From the human T2T-CHM13v2.0 reference genome, Homo sapiens: a DNA stretch of 64,000 bases. The translations under genes were made by a program, and so were the position numbers. The stretch is taken from NCBI RefSeq assembly GCF_009914755.1, contig NC_060929.1; one strand, written 5' to 3'. The notes beneath the pieces are model-generated. The model did no database searches. It saw only the letters and a list, made by a program, of their open reading frames with translations, and was not told the origin of the DNA. Below are positions 40,760 to 53,905 of the stretch, piece after piece (position 1 is the first letter of the stretch; each line of letters begins with the position of its first letter).

Positions 40760-41060
40760 GGCTGGGTGCAGTGGCTCATGCCTGTAATCCTAGCACTTTG
40801 GGAGCAGAGGCAGGAGGATTGCTTGAGGCCAGGTATTTGAGACCAGCCTGAGTAAGACTCCATCTCCATAAAAAATGTAAAAATTAGCTAAGCGTGGTGG
40901 TGGTGGTGTGCCCCTGTAGTCCCAGCTACTCGGGAGACTGAAGCAGGAGGATTGCTTGAGCCCACAAGTTCAAGGTTACAGTGACGTATGTCACTGCACT
41001 CCAACCTGGGTGACAGAGCAAGACTCTGTCTCTAAAAAACAAACAAACAAACATACAAAA
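40760..41060 (+). mobile_element. Alu SINE, AluJ-like
   Basis: ggaggattgcttgaggccagg and ttgcttgagcccac AluJ-type features. Confidence 0.95.
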
Positions 41061-41229
41061 ATCTGGTAAATGAATTAATGAAATTATATTCAGTAATTTC
41101 CACATATTCATTCTTGAACTGCACTAGCAACTACTTCTCATAATGTTTATAAGGCACAAAACAGTGATATGTGAATAATGTTTCTCAAAATAGCTCACTT
41201 GGGATAGAAAATTGTTTTCTACCTATACA

Positions 41230-41395
41230 ACACTGGGCAAGTTATTTAATCTCTAGTGCCTTGGTTCTCTCATTTGAAAACTGGGCACAATAACAGTATC
41301 ACCTCACAGGGTTATCGGAAATTTAATATATATATAACATTTGGAATAGTAACTGTCAGAATCAGTGCTATAGAAGTGTTAGTGGTTATTGGTAT
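41230..41395 (+). mobile_element. MIR
   Basis: ctgggcaagttatttaatctct...acctcacaggggtt-like MIR core. Confidence 0.8.
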
Positions 41396-41904
41396 TATTC
41401 TGTATTGATGTGCAGAGAGGTTTCTGAAATCCTAAGTAGCCATCCCTAGGTCTTATTAACCCCTCAGAGTAGAGCCCATTTCTGATTCAACTATGTATCA
41501 CCAGTACAAAGCACAGTGCCTAACATATTAAAAATGATTTTAAAAAATACAAATTGTACTGGATCAAACTCTTATATTACAATATTCTTAACTACATCAG
41601 AAAAAAGTCATCTAGTACCATTATGATTCAGAGCATAAATTTCCTACATAATAAATTCAAATGTGACAAGCATTTTCCTCTAACATTTGATAATATCTAA
41701 TTAGAAGACAGTTACAACGAAAGAGGTTAAAATGTTTCATTTTTGCCAGGGCCCATCAGAGAGTCAACCTCTATTCCTTTATATTCTCCTTACCATTTAT
41801 TCATAATTCAAAGACTAAACTCTCAATCCTTTAAATGTATTATTGTGACAACAAAGGCAAGGAAATAAGAAGGTTCAACTGACAAATACACGAAAATGGG
41901 CTAA

Positions 41905-42245
<341 letters not shown>

Positions 42246-43164
42246 TTAAAACATTTTTTAAAATCTGTACTGAAGATATGGAGAACTACATATTCGTCAA
42301 AATATGTTTAGCATTACATGCAAACTTCTGTGCAAAATTATATGTTAGAGGTCTAAGAAACACTGGATTTGTTTTACTTATAGTTTTGAAACTTTCCACC
42401 TAATTGCCTGAAATACTGCTCTCTTTAATTTCAGAAAAATAAAGTCTTTATTGGTTATCTTAACGCAACATGCTAGGTCATCTAAAACCTGGCAATAAAC
42501 TATTTTTCCAGATTTTATCTCCTGATATTTATAAGCAGTACAAGATAGGCAAGTATGAGCTTTTCCCTGAGCACCTGAAAATAAGATTGTCCTCTAAATC
42601 AAACTATAAAATTACTCCGAAACAGAACAAATGAGCAAAGATGCCTTAGTAATCAAAATAGTTCTTAAGCCAAAGCAAGAATTGACATCACAAGGACACT
42701 GAAAGAAAGAAAATATCAACAGGAAATAGGATAAGCACATAATTAATTTATTATCCAACCATGACATTAAGCCATACACGAACCAGGACTGTGGTGCACC
42801 AAGTGAAAAACATGATCACTCTAAATCAGAAGGTTTGTTCCTGTTAGAATAAAAAACAAGTAGAACAAACTTCATTATTGCCCTTCCAAGTATTACAAGA
42901 GGACCCTATTTCATGAATATATCACTCATTTGGTAATTAACGATGTCTTAGTCCAAGCCTCTTCTTAGGCTGTAGTTCTGCTTTATTCAACCTAATTATG
43001 CAACTTTCATTTACTTAACGTCTTATTTCCTCCAGTATATGGCAGGTATTTTTTTGAACACTGTGGTGGTAATGTCTCAAATTTCCTTTCAAATTCCACA
43101 TTCCAACATCATTGTAGGTAGAAATCAAATACTCACTGACTGATAATAATAATAATTATCATTA

Positions 43165-43420
43165 TTATAACTGATATGTATTAAGTAGTTAACTATGTGC
43201 CAGGAACTATTCTAAGTACTTCACATGTACAATGACATTTAAATCACACAATAAGTTTATGAAGTAAGTACTACTGCTGTCTCCATTTTACAGATGAGAA
43301 ACAGGGAAGTTAAGTAACTTGCGCAATGACAAGCAGGTAGAAGGTGGCAGAGCCAGGATTCAAATCCAGATGGTTTGGCTCCAGAGCTGATGCTCGTATC
43401 TACTACAGTATTCTGCCCCT
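43165..43420 (-). mobile_element. MIR, near full length
   Basis: tgtgccaggaactattctaag...ccattttacagatgagaaa...ggcagagccaggattcaaatccag. Confidence 0.9.
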
Positions 43421-43539
43421 TAGTGAAAAATACACTTGTGCCTAAATAACTTATTCCAAGTTTTGTCAGTTATTAAACCTTAAAGCCATTTTTAAATGCT
43501 CCAAAATAGCTGATGATAGCATCCACAATTGGCATAGGT

Positions 43540-43930
43540 ATGGAGAAAGAGACACAGACATCGAAATTCGATTTCATGAAATTATTCCTAAGGAGACAAC
43601 AAAAAGTATACAAAGATATAGAAATAAGAATATTTATCATACAGTTATTTATAGGAGTAAAAATTGGAAATAGTCAGAATGTCTATTAATAAGAGATTTG
43701 TTAAATACACTGTGCTAAAATCTTACCACTAACCTGTTAGAAATGGTGGTATAGTTCTATAGTTATTAAAACAAAAAGAAGTTGAGTGACAGGCACCAAT
43801 TGCAAAATATTACAGACAGTGTAATTACAGAAGGAAGTGGGTAAGTTACACATGGATATGCACATAACTGAAAAGATGTAAATGTAAACAGTGGAAATCT
43901 CTGAATAGTGGGATTTTAAGTAGTCTTTTC
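43540..43930 (+). mobile_element. Old L1 (L1ME-like) 3' remnant
   Basis: aagaatatttatcatacagttatttatagg...aattggaaa...aatgtctattaataagaga. Confidence 0.65.
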
Positions 43931-44139
43931 TTTTAAAAAATATTTACTAAAAATCTACTGTGTGTATGCTATTTTCCATTCAAAGGACCATAAAAGAAAT
44001 ACAAGGGCCTACAATCTAGAGACTACAGTCAATTCTAGACCATGAAAGAAAACAAACGTTGGTGACAAATAAATTACTAATAAAGAAAGGCAAGGGAGTA
44101 GCTGAGAATAGTGGGATATAAAAGCCTCACAATTAATGG

Positions 44140-44285
44140 AAAGCAGCATATAGGCTTCACCTTCATCACTAACTAGCTGCATGAATCTGGACAGGTCACA
44201 GATTATCCTTGAGCCTTAGTTTCAAAATAGCAAAATATAGGTGTTAGATGGGTTGTCCTGCTCGGGAGTTCTTTACAATTCTGAG
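44140..44285 (+). mobile_element. MIR-family remnant
   Basis: cactaactagctgcatgaatctggacaggtcac...gagccttagtttc. Confidence 0.65.
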
Positions 44286-44802
44286 TGTCTGTGGTTAAAA
44301 TTTTCAAAAAGAGCATGTAGGAACATGAAAACTCCTCCATCCACTACCAGTCACAAGTGGCAGTGTTTATTAATCTGCTGCTTATTAATGTACACTTTAG
44401 TCAGTTTGTACAAGATATGAAATACCAAAGCACAGAAAATGGGAACAACAAAGAAAATCCACAAACACACTTAAGTGCTTGTTATTGAAAATATGATTAT
44501 TCTTCAGGGAGTGAAATAATATAGTAACCTAAGGAAGAAACCCACGTGAGACACCTCACTATCCCACCAAAAACTCATTTTCAAGCAGTTCACAGTTCCC
44601 TTATAACATTTCACTTTCATACAGATTAAAAAGTACATATGATCTATCTGACATTGAGGTATATATATAATTCTACTGACAAATATCTCAGGAAAGAGTC
44701 AAGTGAGACTTTGATGTTGCATTCCACTGTAATTCAGATATATCAATAATCAAATTTGGAGAGCTGCCAATAAAAATGGAATAAACAGCATTAGCATTTT
44801 AC

Positions 44803-44923
44803 CTGCATGCATGGGCCTGGAAAAACAGAGCAAGACCCAAGCAAAGAAAAATAAGCACCTGCCGGTGTCTTACCTCTAGCAGTTTGCCCTTAGGCAGTCC
44901 ACAGTGCCCTCCTTGTTCTACTC
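44803..44923 (-). other. Candidate paired mini-exons (44874-44923, 50 nt; 44803-44816, 14 nt)
   Basis: Minus strand: gttttgcag|50 nt GAG|gtaaga ...57 nt... tgtttttccag|GCCCATGCATGCAG|gtaaaa. Confidence 0.35.
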
Positions 44924-47900
44924 CTGCAAAACACATGCTCCAGGGAGACACCTCTGTATTTTAACATATCTCATAGACGTTTCTAAGCTCCAAAGTTAAG
45001 ATGATGTGTTATAGTCTTTTTAAAAAACTGATAATAAATAACCTGATTTAAAAAATACTCTAAGACAGTGCTGATCTGTTAGTTGTAAGAAGCATTTTGA
45101 ACATCAGATAGAGTGTGATTTGATATGTTAACAAAGTGGACCCAGATGATATATGAAAAAAACATGATAAAAAGATGAAAAGCAAAAAACAACAAGCTAT
45201 ACGCAATAGATAAAGAGTCAAGAGCTTGCTGGCAGAAGGCTAAATTAGCTGACCTTTGACACTACTTCCAATCAGATCCTTTGATTCTTGGAATACATCA
45301 AGTTCAAAATTAAATATAAACACTCAAAGTAAATAGTTAATTTTCAGTCACTAGATCATTTTCTCAACTGAGCTAGAAATTAGAAATTAAAAGGTATGCT
45401 TCCTGGAATAATTTGAATTTCACTGAATCTCCTATTAATCCATTAGATGTGTAGGTGCAGATAATGTTAAAATATATATTTTTAAATGTAACTATTAAAA
45501 TATGTTTGGATGAAAAATCCAAGTGAAAAGCATTTCACAAAAATATAAAATAGCTATATACTAAGAGATCTTATTTTATGGCAGCATAAAATATAAGTAG
45601 AGATCATTGTGTTTTTTTTAAATCTCTATTATGAATTTGAATGCACTTTGTCCATTTAATCTGAAAACAGATAGTATAATGAGTACACTATAATTGTCCT
45701 ATTTTCTTCAGATAACTGTGCACACTTCAGTGCTACCATACCATAAGCAATAAGTAACCTTCAAGAATCTGCTAGCGTCTTTACAAAGTTTGATTTAAGA
45801 CCTTCACTGTCAATTTGCAGAAAACCATGAGGCTAAGATGGTGATAAAGCATCGATGATTGATGGCACCACCCAAGCCACCATTCTAATAATGAACTAAT
45901 GATTCATGCTCAAGGTGCTTTTGAAACATGATTAAGCCTCCAAACATTTCACTAAGGTGGGTTCCCATTACCACAAGCATAAAAGAGAACTTAATAAGTT
46001 TAGCAAGGTTAGTGAATGACCCAGTGATAAAATTTTGGAACAAAAACAAAAACATAAAGGACTTCAGTCTCCTAGCTCCCACTGCAAGCTCTATTCACAG
46101 GTATTTGAAGAAGTCTTTCAGGGTAATTTATGTAATTGCTCTGAGTCTAACTGACCTTCTCTGGTGGCCACTGGCAAGTGTTTGCCAAAATGTCAGTGAC
46201 CAAAAAACTCCTTACAAAGCCATGTTTTATAAAATGAATATGTCAAGAATCAGATGAAAATGTCATCAGTGACACTGACAACAATAAAAGAAAATATTCT
46301 ACAGATTTAAGAAAGTGAAGAAGATCCATATTAAAGGGGAAATAAATAACCTGAGAAAATGTCATCAGAAAAAAAGTAGACAGATCACAGCTTTAAGAAA
46401 GGGAAGAAGACACAACTTAAAGGGGGAAAAAATTATCCAAGAAACAAATGTTCTTTAAAGGGTCAGAAACGGAAAGACTCATTTTACAAAAGCTGGTGGA
46501 AAAACTACATCTCTTTTAGAGATCATATCGTTGCTCCTGGGGAAAGGAGGAATGAGGAGATGGGAGGCACCTGTGAGGAGCTTGTCACATCTGAATCCCA
46601 AAGTTATTCACTTTCCTATTTGTGTGTCAAAATGAATGACATAATTTGTGAATGTCAAAAGTAGTCACAGCAAATTAAATAAAAATTGAACAAAATTTAC
46701 TCCAATTGCCCTTAAAATAGAAAGTCAAAAGTTGTTGATTTTCCCACTTTGCAGTCTTTGAAAGTAAGTTTCACTTATATAAATACTTAAAGTCAAACAA
46801 CCCAGTTGAATACACCTACTCTCTTGAAATTTAAAAAAGAGAGGGGAAGGGGAAGGGTGATCTCATGGAGAAAATTACTTTTACACTAAGACTAGAGATC
46901 TTTCTTTCAAATGGGTCTAGCTTACAAATGTGATTATCCAAAGAATGACTGCAGCTCATTACTGATGAACAGAATATATTTTTTGTATACTCTGAAATTT
47001 TCATACATATATGATTGGCCCATTCCAAATGACTGCTTTAATAGAACGTTTGAAATAACCCATATGTAGACTTTCCATTAATGGCCTAAGGATTAACTGT
47101 TTTGAAGATTAATCTACCTAGGTGGAATCCCAGGCAGTTTGCTCTATCTAAATGCTTGCAGGACATCATTCTCCCAACACCTAGCTGAAGTGAAATCAAT
47201 GCTAATATAAGCATTAATAAAACACAGAGAGTTGCGATTTAGGATTTCCTACCACTTTGCATTACTATTCCATGTTCTCTCCCATGCATACCCCCAAGAA
47301 AACCAGTGTGGATCATCACAAATTCTAAATGCTTTACCAACTGCAACATGTACATAGAGAACCCATTTAGAGGATTGAAATATAGTGTACAACTAAGAGT
47401 GGCAAGTTAGTAAAGAAAAATAAAACCATTCAAATTAAACATAAGGAAAATACTGTCACTGGGGAAAGAATCAGGAGTAAAATATATGTGCATCCCATAA
47501 ACAACAGGAGTGTAGCATTGTAAAGTTATTGTGACCTTGTCCCTTTTTAAACAGCTACATTTGTCACAATGGAAGACGGCCATCAAGCAGCAGCAATGTC
47601 TGCCTGGATGTCTAAATGCCTGTCAGGGCCTGCTTGGTAATACTTTACACTTCTCCCCCTCTAACAAGCTTCACTATTATGTCCTACTTACAGATGGATG
47701 GCTGCCAAGAGCTATCACACAAAAAAGCTCCTCTATAACATAATGATGTCTCTGTACTGGGAATAAACTTGTGAGAAAAATCTTGGAAATAAAAAGAAGA
47801 TAGAAATCTATTTAAGGATGTAAATTACTGAAAGCTTCTAATTCCAACAAGATCATAACATCCAAAATATTAACTCTATGTAAGTAATATCTATTTCCTC

Positions 47901-49079
47901 AAAGATAGTCATTCCATAAATGTCTATACATCTGTAGAAAGAAATGTTATAGAAAACAACTGTTGTTTTGGTTTCCTTCAAATTCATTTACTAACTTTAA
48001 TGAAGAAAGCCAGGGCATTGTCTTGACATATTTTGTCATCTCTTTTCCAAATAAATTGTCGCCATAAGAATGTTATGTTTCTCCAGCATTTTTATCCCCC
48101 TGTATTTAGTTTTTTTAAATCTAGTAAGGTTAACACGTTGTCAGTTAGGCTAAAACTGAATCCACATACCTCACAGATAAGCCACCATTCTATGTTAGAG
48201 AATTCAGTGAGTGCTGCTTTAACTCTTCCATTACATTTACAGAGTATTTTTAAGGGCCGTGTCTACCCCCAATAAATGAACTTGAAGATTTTTACAGACT
48301 TATTTTGACTTATTCTATCTTGTTCAACTTGAGTAGGTCAATTTTCTTTTGTCTTACCTTGAACATAGGCTTATATTCACTAGGTTTGATTGCTATCCAA
48401 TCAATCCATCAACATGCATTTAGTGAGCTTCTGTTTAGAAGCCCAAGATTGTGGAAAAGTCACAATTCCTGGCTATAGTTTTAACTCTCATGCTGTTAAC
48501 AATGTAACATTCTAAAAAATTTATAATCCATCTGAGTATAAATTAAAACTAAAAGAAAAAAATGTAACTTACTCTCTCCCTTCTTTCCCCAAACATAAGA
48601 TTCTCCAAATATATATTCACACATAGCAAAATATTTATGTGCATGTGTGCACAATACAATATTAAAATCATTGGTAATTTATTAATGAAAAAAAATTATA
48701 TCAACACCAAAAATAGGAATTCAGTTTAAATTCAAGTTAAAAGGAAAACAAATGGAAATCATATTTCCCAAATGAAAATAGCTCTCAAAATACCATAATA
48801 AATCATGGAGGAAATGCTCCCAGACATTAATATTTAACAAGCAAGAAAATCTGAGGCAGGTCTGATTAGTGTGTCACTATGGTAAATGGGTATGATAAGA
48901 TATTATATACATGTCAGAATCACCAACTAATATTAACTAGTTTATGGATGTACTGTCACTAAGGTATTAGTTAGAAGAATTTCAAAAATAAAGATTCCCA
49001 TTTCTATATGTGGAGTTTTTGGTAGATATTAGTACCATTATTACATATATACCATAGAAGTTATGTTATTATAAGACTA

Positions 49080-49403
<324 letters not shown>

Positions 49404-49889
49404 TAGATGTTGAAGGCATAAATATAGTGGTGATTATGTCACAGTAACAACTATTCTAAGGAAGGGTCTTCTTTCCCCTCTCAATTTCTCCATAATTCAA
49501 CAACAGAGAAGAAAAGAACACAGATATTTAATACCACGAAATACCAAAACTATCTTTAATGTATATAAAGTCAAGGGCTTATATTTATATATTTTAAAAT
49601 TTGTTTTCACATTCTCCCTTTCAGACTCAGTCCCTTATGAGACCTGAAGAGGTGCCTTTTTCTCCATGCATTCTCTAAATGAATACTCAAGATTAAATAG
49701 CAGTACTGGAAACTGCAAATGGATGTTATTTTATTGTAATATTTATTTTATTTAATACTTACTTTATTGTAATGTTATTAGCTAGCACTTGTATTTCAGG
49801 GACTCCAAGGTAAGTTTAACTGCTTGTTGCAACCAACTATATTTTTAAATTCAGAATAAGGTGTTGGAGGCAGTTTAACAGCTAGGATA

Positions 49890-50090
49890 TTGTGGGGGCT
49901 TTGAGGTCAGACAGATCTACATTCAATCCTGGCTCTGCACTTGCTATCTGTGATCTTCAGCAAGACATTCTACCTATCTGTGCTCCATTTTACTTTATCT
50001 ATAAAACAGGGCATAATGATACCTATGTCATGGAGTTAATGTGATAATTAAATAACTTAATGAATGAAAAACTCTCAGCCTGACTTAATA
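49890..50090 (+). mobile_element. MIR
   Basis: aatcctggctctgcacttgctatctgtgatctt...ctataaaacagggcataatgatacc. Confidence 0.8.
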
Positions 50091-50123
50091 TAAAATTCCC
50101 CACATAGGGCAGCTACAAAGTCA

Positions 50124-51020
50124 GTATCTTAGTCATTTATTGCTGTAAAACAAACCACACCAAAATTTAGTAGCTTTAAAAAAACAACTCTTACTTGCTC
50201 ACAACTCTGTGGACTGGCTATTTGAACTGGGCTTTGCCAAGCAATTCTGCTAGTTTTACTACAAAGGACTGCAGGAATCTGAAGGCTTGACTAAGATTGG
50301 ATAGTGATATGGTTTGGCTGTGTCCTCACCCAAATCTCATCTTGAATTCCCAAGTGTTGTGGGAGGACTTGGTGGGAGGTAATTGAATCATGGGGGCAGG
50401 TCTTTCCCATGCTGTTCTTGCAATGGTGAGTAAGTCTCACAAGATCTGATGGTTTTAAAAAGAGGAGTTCCCCGCAGAAGCTCTCTCTCTCTTTTTGCCT
50501 GCTGCCATCCGTGTAAGACGTGACTTGCTCCTCCTTGCCTTCCGCCATGATTTTGAGGGCCCCAGCCACATGGAACTGAGAGTCCAATTAAGCCTCTTTC
50601 TTTTGTAAATTACCCAGTCTCGGGTATGTCCCCAACAGCAGCGTGAAAACAGACTAATATAGATGGTCTAAGATGGCCTTACTCACATGTTTGACAGTTG
50701 GTTCTGGCTGTTGTTTAGACTTCCATCTTCATGTGATTTCTTATTCTCAGAGAGACCAGTCTGAGCTTATTCACATGTTGGTGGCAGTATTCCAAAAACG
50801 CAAGAACAGAAGTTGCAAGGCTTCTTGAAGCCAAAGCTCAGAAGGCCCACAACGAAATTTCCACCATATTCTATCAGTCACAGCCAAGTCACAAAGCCAG
50901 CACAGATATAAGAGGATAGAAGGATAAAGCAAAAGACTCCACCTTTTGATGGGAGGACAGGCAACGTCATATTGCACAAAAGAGTGCGTATATAAAAATA
51001 CAGCCAGAAATTGTGTCTAT
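50124..51020 (-). mobile_element. Old MLT1 LTR split by THE1
   Basis: tttattgctgtaaaacaaaccacaccaaaatttagtagc...gatggccttactcacatgtttgacagttgg...gccaagtcacaaagccagc. Confidence 0.8.
50305..50661 (+). mobile_element. THE1B-like solo LTR
   Basis: tgatatggtttggctgtgtc...agactaatata; TSD gatag/gatgg. Confidence 0.95.
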
Positions 51021-51336
51021 ACTTTGACATCTTCTATCTTCTACAAAATAGAGAAATTTTTATAGTACCTATATTTTCAACTACAAATAATCACAGAAGT
51101 TCTGAAGGACAAAAGTAGGTACTAGCTTGCATTTTCCCCAACATGAAGTAATATTACTCTGCTGCTTCAGTCACAGATTTCAACAGAAGACCAAGATCCA
51201 GACTCAACGTCTGATACCATCATTTAAGTTGCTTGGTTGGGTGATTTTTCTGTGTTTTAAGAGCCTTCAACACTTTTCTATTTGATCTAATCAATAAATT
51301 TCCATCTAATTTGATATTTTTACCTACAAGAGCAGC

Positions 51337-51645
<309 letters not shown>

Positions 51646-51801
51646 AACAGCAGTTTTCTAATTGAACATTCCACAACAAATAGCATCACCAAGAAATCTA
51701 GATTGAGTATGTAGCACTACTAGAAAACATGAAGTTTATAAAAGAAGAAAAATATATCCTTATAAAAAGCACATATACTTTTTTCCTATGAAAATAATCC
51801 C

Positions 51802-51962
51802 GGGATGGGGGAGGGATAGCTTTAGGAGATATACCTAATGCTAAATGACGAGTTAATGGGTGCAGCACACCAGCATGGCACATGTATACATATGTAACTA
51901 ACCTGCACATTGTGCACATGTACCCTAGAACTTAAAGTATAATAATAATAAAATAAAAAAAA
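51802..51962 (+). mobile_element. Young 5'-truncated L1PA (PA2-PA4-like) 3' end
   Basis: gctaaatgacgagttaatgggtgcagcacaccagcatggc; perfect 12-bp TSD gaaaataatccc at 51790-51801 and 51963-51974. Confidence 0.96.
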
Positions 51963-53699
51963 GAAAATAATCCCTAGAGAAAATTTTAATTTTGTGATGT
52001 AGTTAATTAGCTATGTCCAAAGATCTATTCATACTGAATTATGAAGAGATCAAATTTATTACAGTAAAGAAATGATAATTGCTACCAGGACTTCCTTTAA
52101 CACGTGTTTCTCTAAAAGATTCATTTGCAGAGCCACAGTCTTTAATACAATACAACCTATTTTCTTTGAACAATTTAATGGGGCAGGATATGTCACTAAA
52201 CATACCGCGTAAGAATTGCTTCTATGGAAAGACAGAGGTAAAGGAAAGAGCTACTTGCTTGTTTGACAATATGGTGAACAGAGAAACAGTTTGGGGAATG
52301 AAAGGGTATTCCTCCAATAATGGTATTTCTACATTTCCTAACAAGAAATTGATCCCTAAAATTGTCATTCTTTTCAGCTGAGGATGTGGTACAACACTGC
52401 TTCATAGAGAAACAGCTGGAAACTTAAGTAGCTTACAATTTTTGACAAATTGGTGCTGCCAAAATTATAATAGTTAATAACAAGGAAAACCTCAATAATG
52501 TGAATTGTGTCAAATCTGGTTGTTAATTTATTTTAAAATCCTGATTATGTTATGAGAAGCCATATGAGAAGCCAAACATACATTCAACTGGAGAAAATGC
52601 CAGTAGCCAATATCACCTTTGGAGGCTAGCTATTTCTCACCACATTCAGCAAGCTATCATAGCATGAATTGCTGAAATTAGATAATTCTAACTGAAAATT
52701 AGGATTAAAGATAACCCTATGCTATAGTTCAGGCATAGGTAATCTACTCCTCAATTTATTTCTTATGGAAATCTTATAAATATATTAAATAACCTTATTT
52801 TGTTTAATTATTTCAAAGTACTATATGGATGAGAGATATATTGTACAGGTTTATATGGAATAGTTAACACTTTAAAAAAATAGTGACTATTCTAACATTT
52901 TTTAATTATATTGCTCACTAATCTTAATTGCCACCATTTCAAAAGACAGTTCCAAAGTGCATCTTGAACAAACAGAAAAGCAATTAGCCTAAATTAATTG
53001 CTTTGCTGATGTGATTTGCAGTAGGTATGCTTGGTGGTTTTGAAACTCCTGCCAGTGCTTTCACAACTTGATGTTCTGATGATTTTTAGCCTCTTTTTGC
53101 ACCAGAGCAATTAACCAGATAATTGTTCTAATGTGAACCTGGCCTTAATCAGTGTGTTTAGGTTCATAGTAGCAATTAACCAAACACTAAATATACATTT
53201 GAAAAGAAGCACTTAAAAGTACTACAAGAAGAGCTAAAGAAAAACTCATACAATTTTTTTTCTCATATAGCTATACTTTTTACACAAAGAAGCAAAAAAA
53301 AAAAAAAAAAAAAGCTGCAACTGTCTCCTCAGCCTCTTTTCAATTAACACAGGTATAAATGGAAGGCAGGCAAAGTTTCTGGTTCCTCACTTCTTCACTC
53401 AAAGTATTCCAAAGTCCCTATTAAAAGGGCAAAATGCACTGATTGAACATTGGAATTCTATTCCTTGTTCAAAAATGAGGCTATGGCTTTCAGACAAATG
53501 GCATGTAATACATAACGCAAGCTCTATCTGAATCCGAACAATGACATTAAATTTTCACTTTATGAAGCACCAACTTTATTCAGAAATAAATAAATCTGTT
53601 AGAAAGGGAGAATCTGAACCAATTGCCTGGATTTCAGCCAGAGTTTCAGCCAAATTTAAAAGAAAATTTATTCATCATACAAAAGCATGATCTATAATT

Positions 53700-53905
53700 C
53701 TCCCAACACGAATGTATTAAATTAATCCTCTGAGCAGGGCCGTGTGTGAGGTGCTGATTGGAAGCAGGGGTGGAGGGGGGCTGTGAAGTGAGGGCACAGG
53801 GCGCAAGATGAAGATCCAGGTCCTCCTCACAAGGAGAAAGACTCATAAACAAAACGTCACACATCCGCACAATAATATATGCCACCAGCAGAGCCATGCG
53901 CTATA
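53700..53905. promoter_or_regulatory. CpG-retaining promoter/enhancer-like block
   Basis: CCAATCAG (minus, 53754-53761), GGGGTGGAGGGGGG (53767-53780), TGACGT (minus, 53854-53859), six CpGs in about 200 bp. Confidence 0.4.

Noticed and set aside
46160-46180. Partial CTCF-like tggccaccagag on the minus strand
   Set aside because: Lacks the GGC 3' half of the core motif
48358-48430. Strong minus-strand donor AAG|gtaaga with an upstream AG
   Set aside because: Weak acceptor inside an L2-like tail and a stop in the best frame
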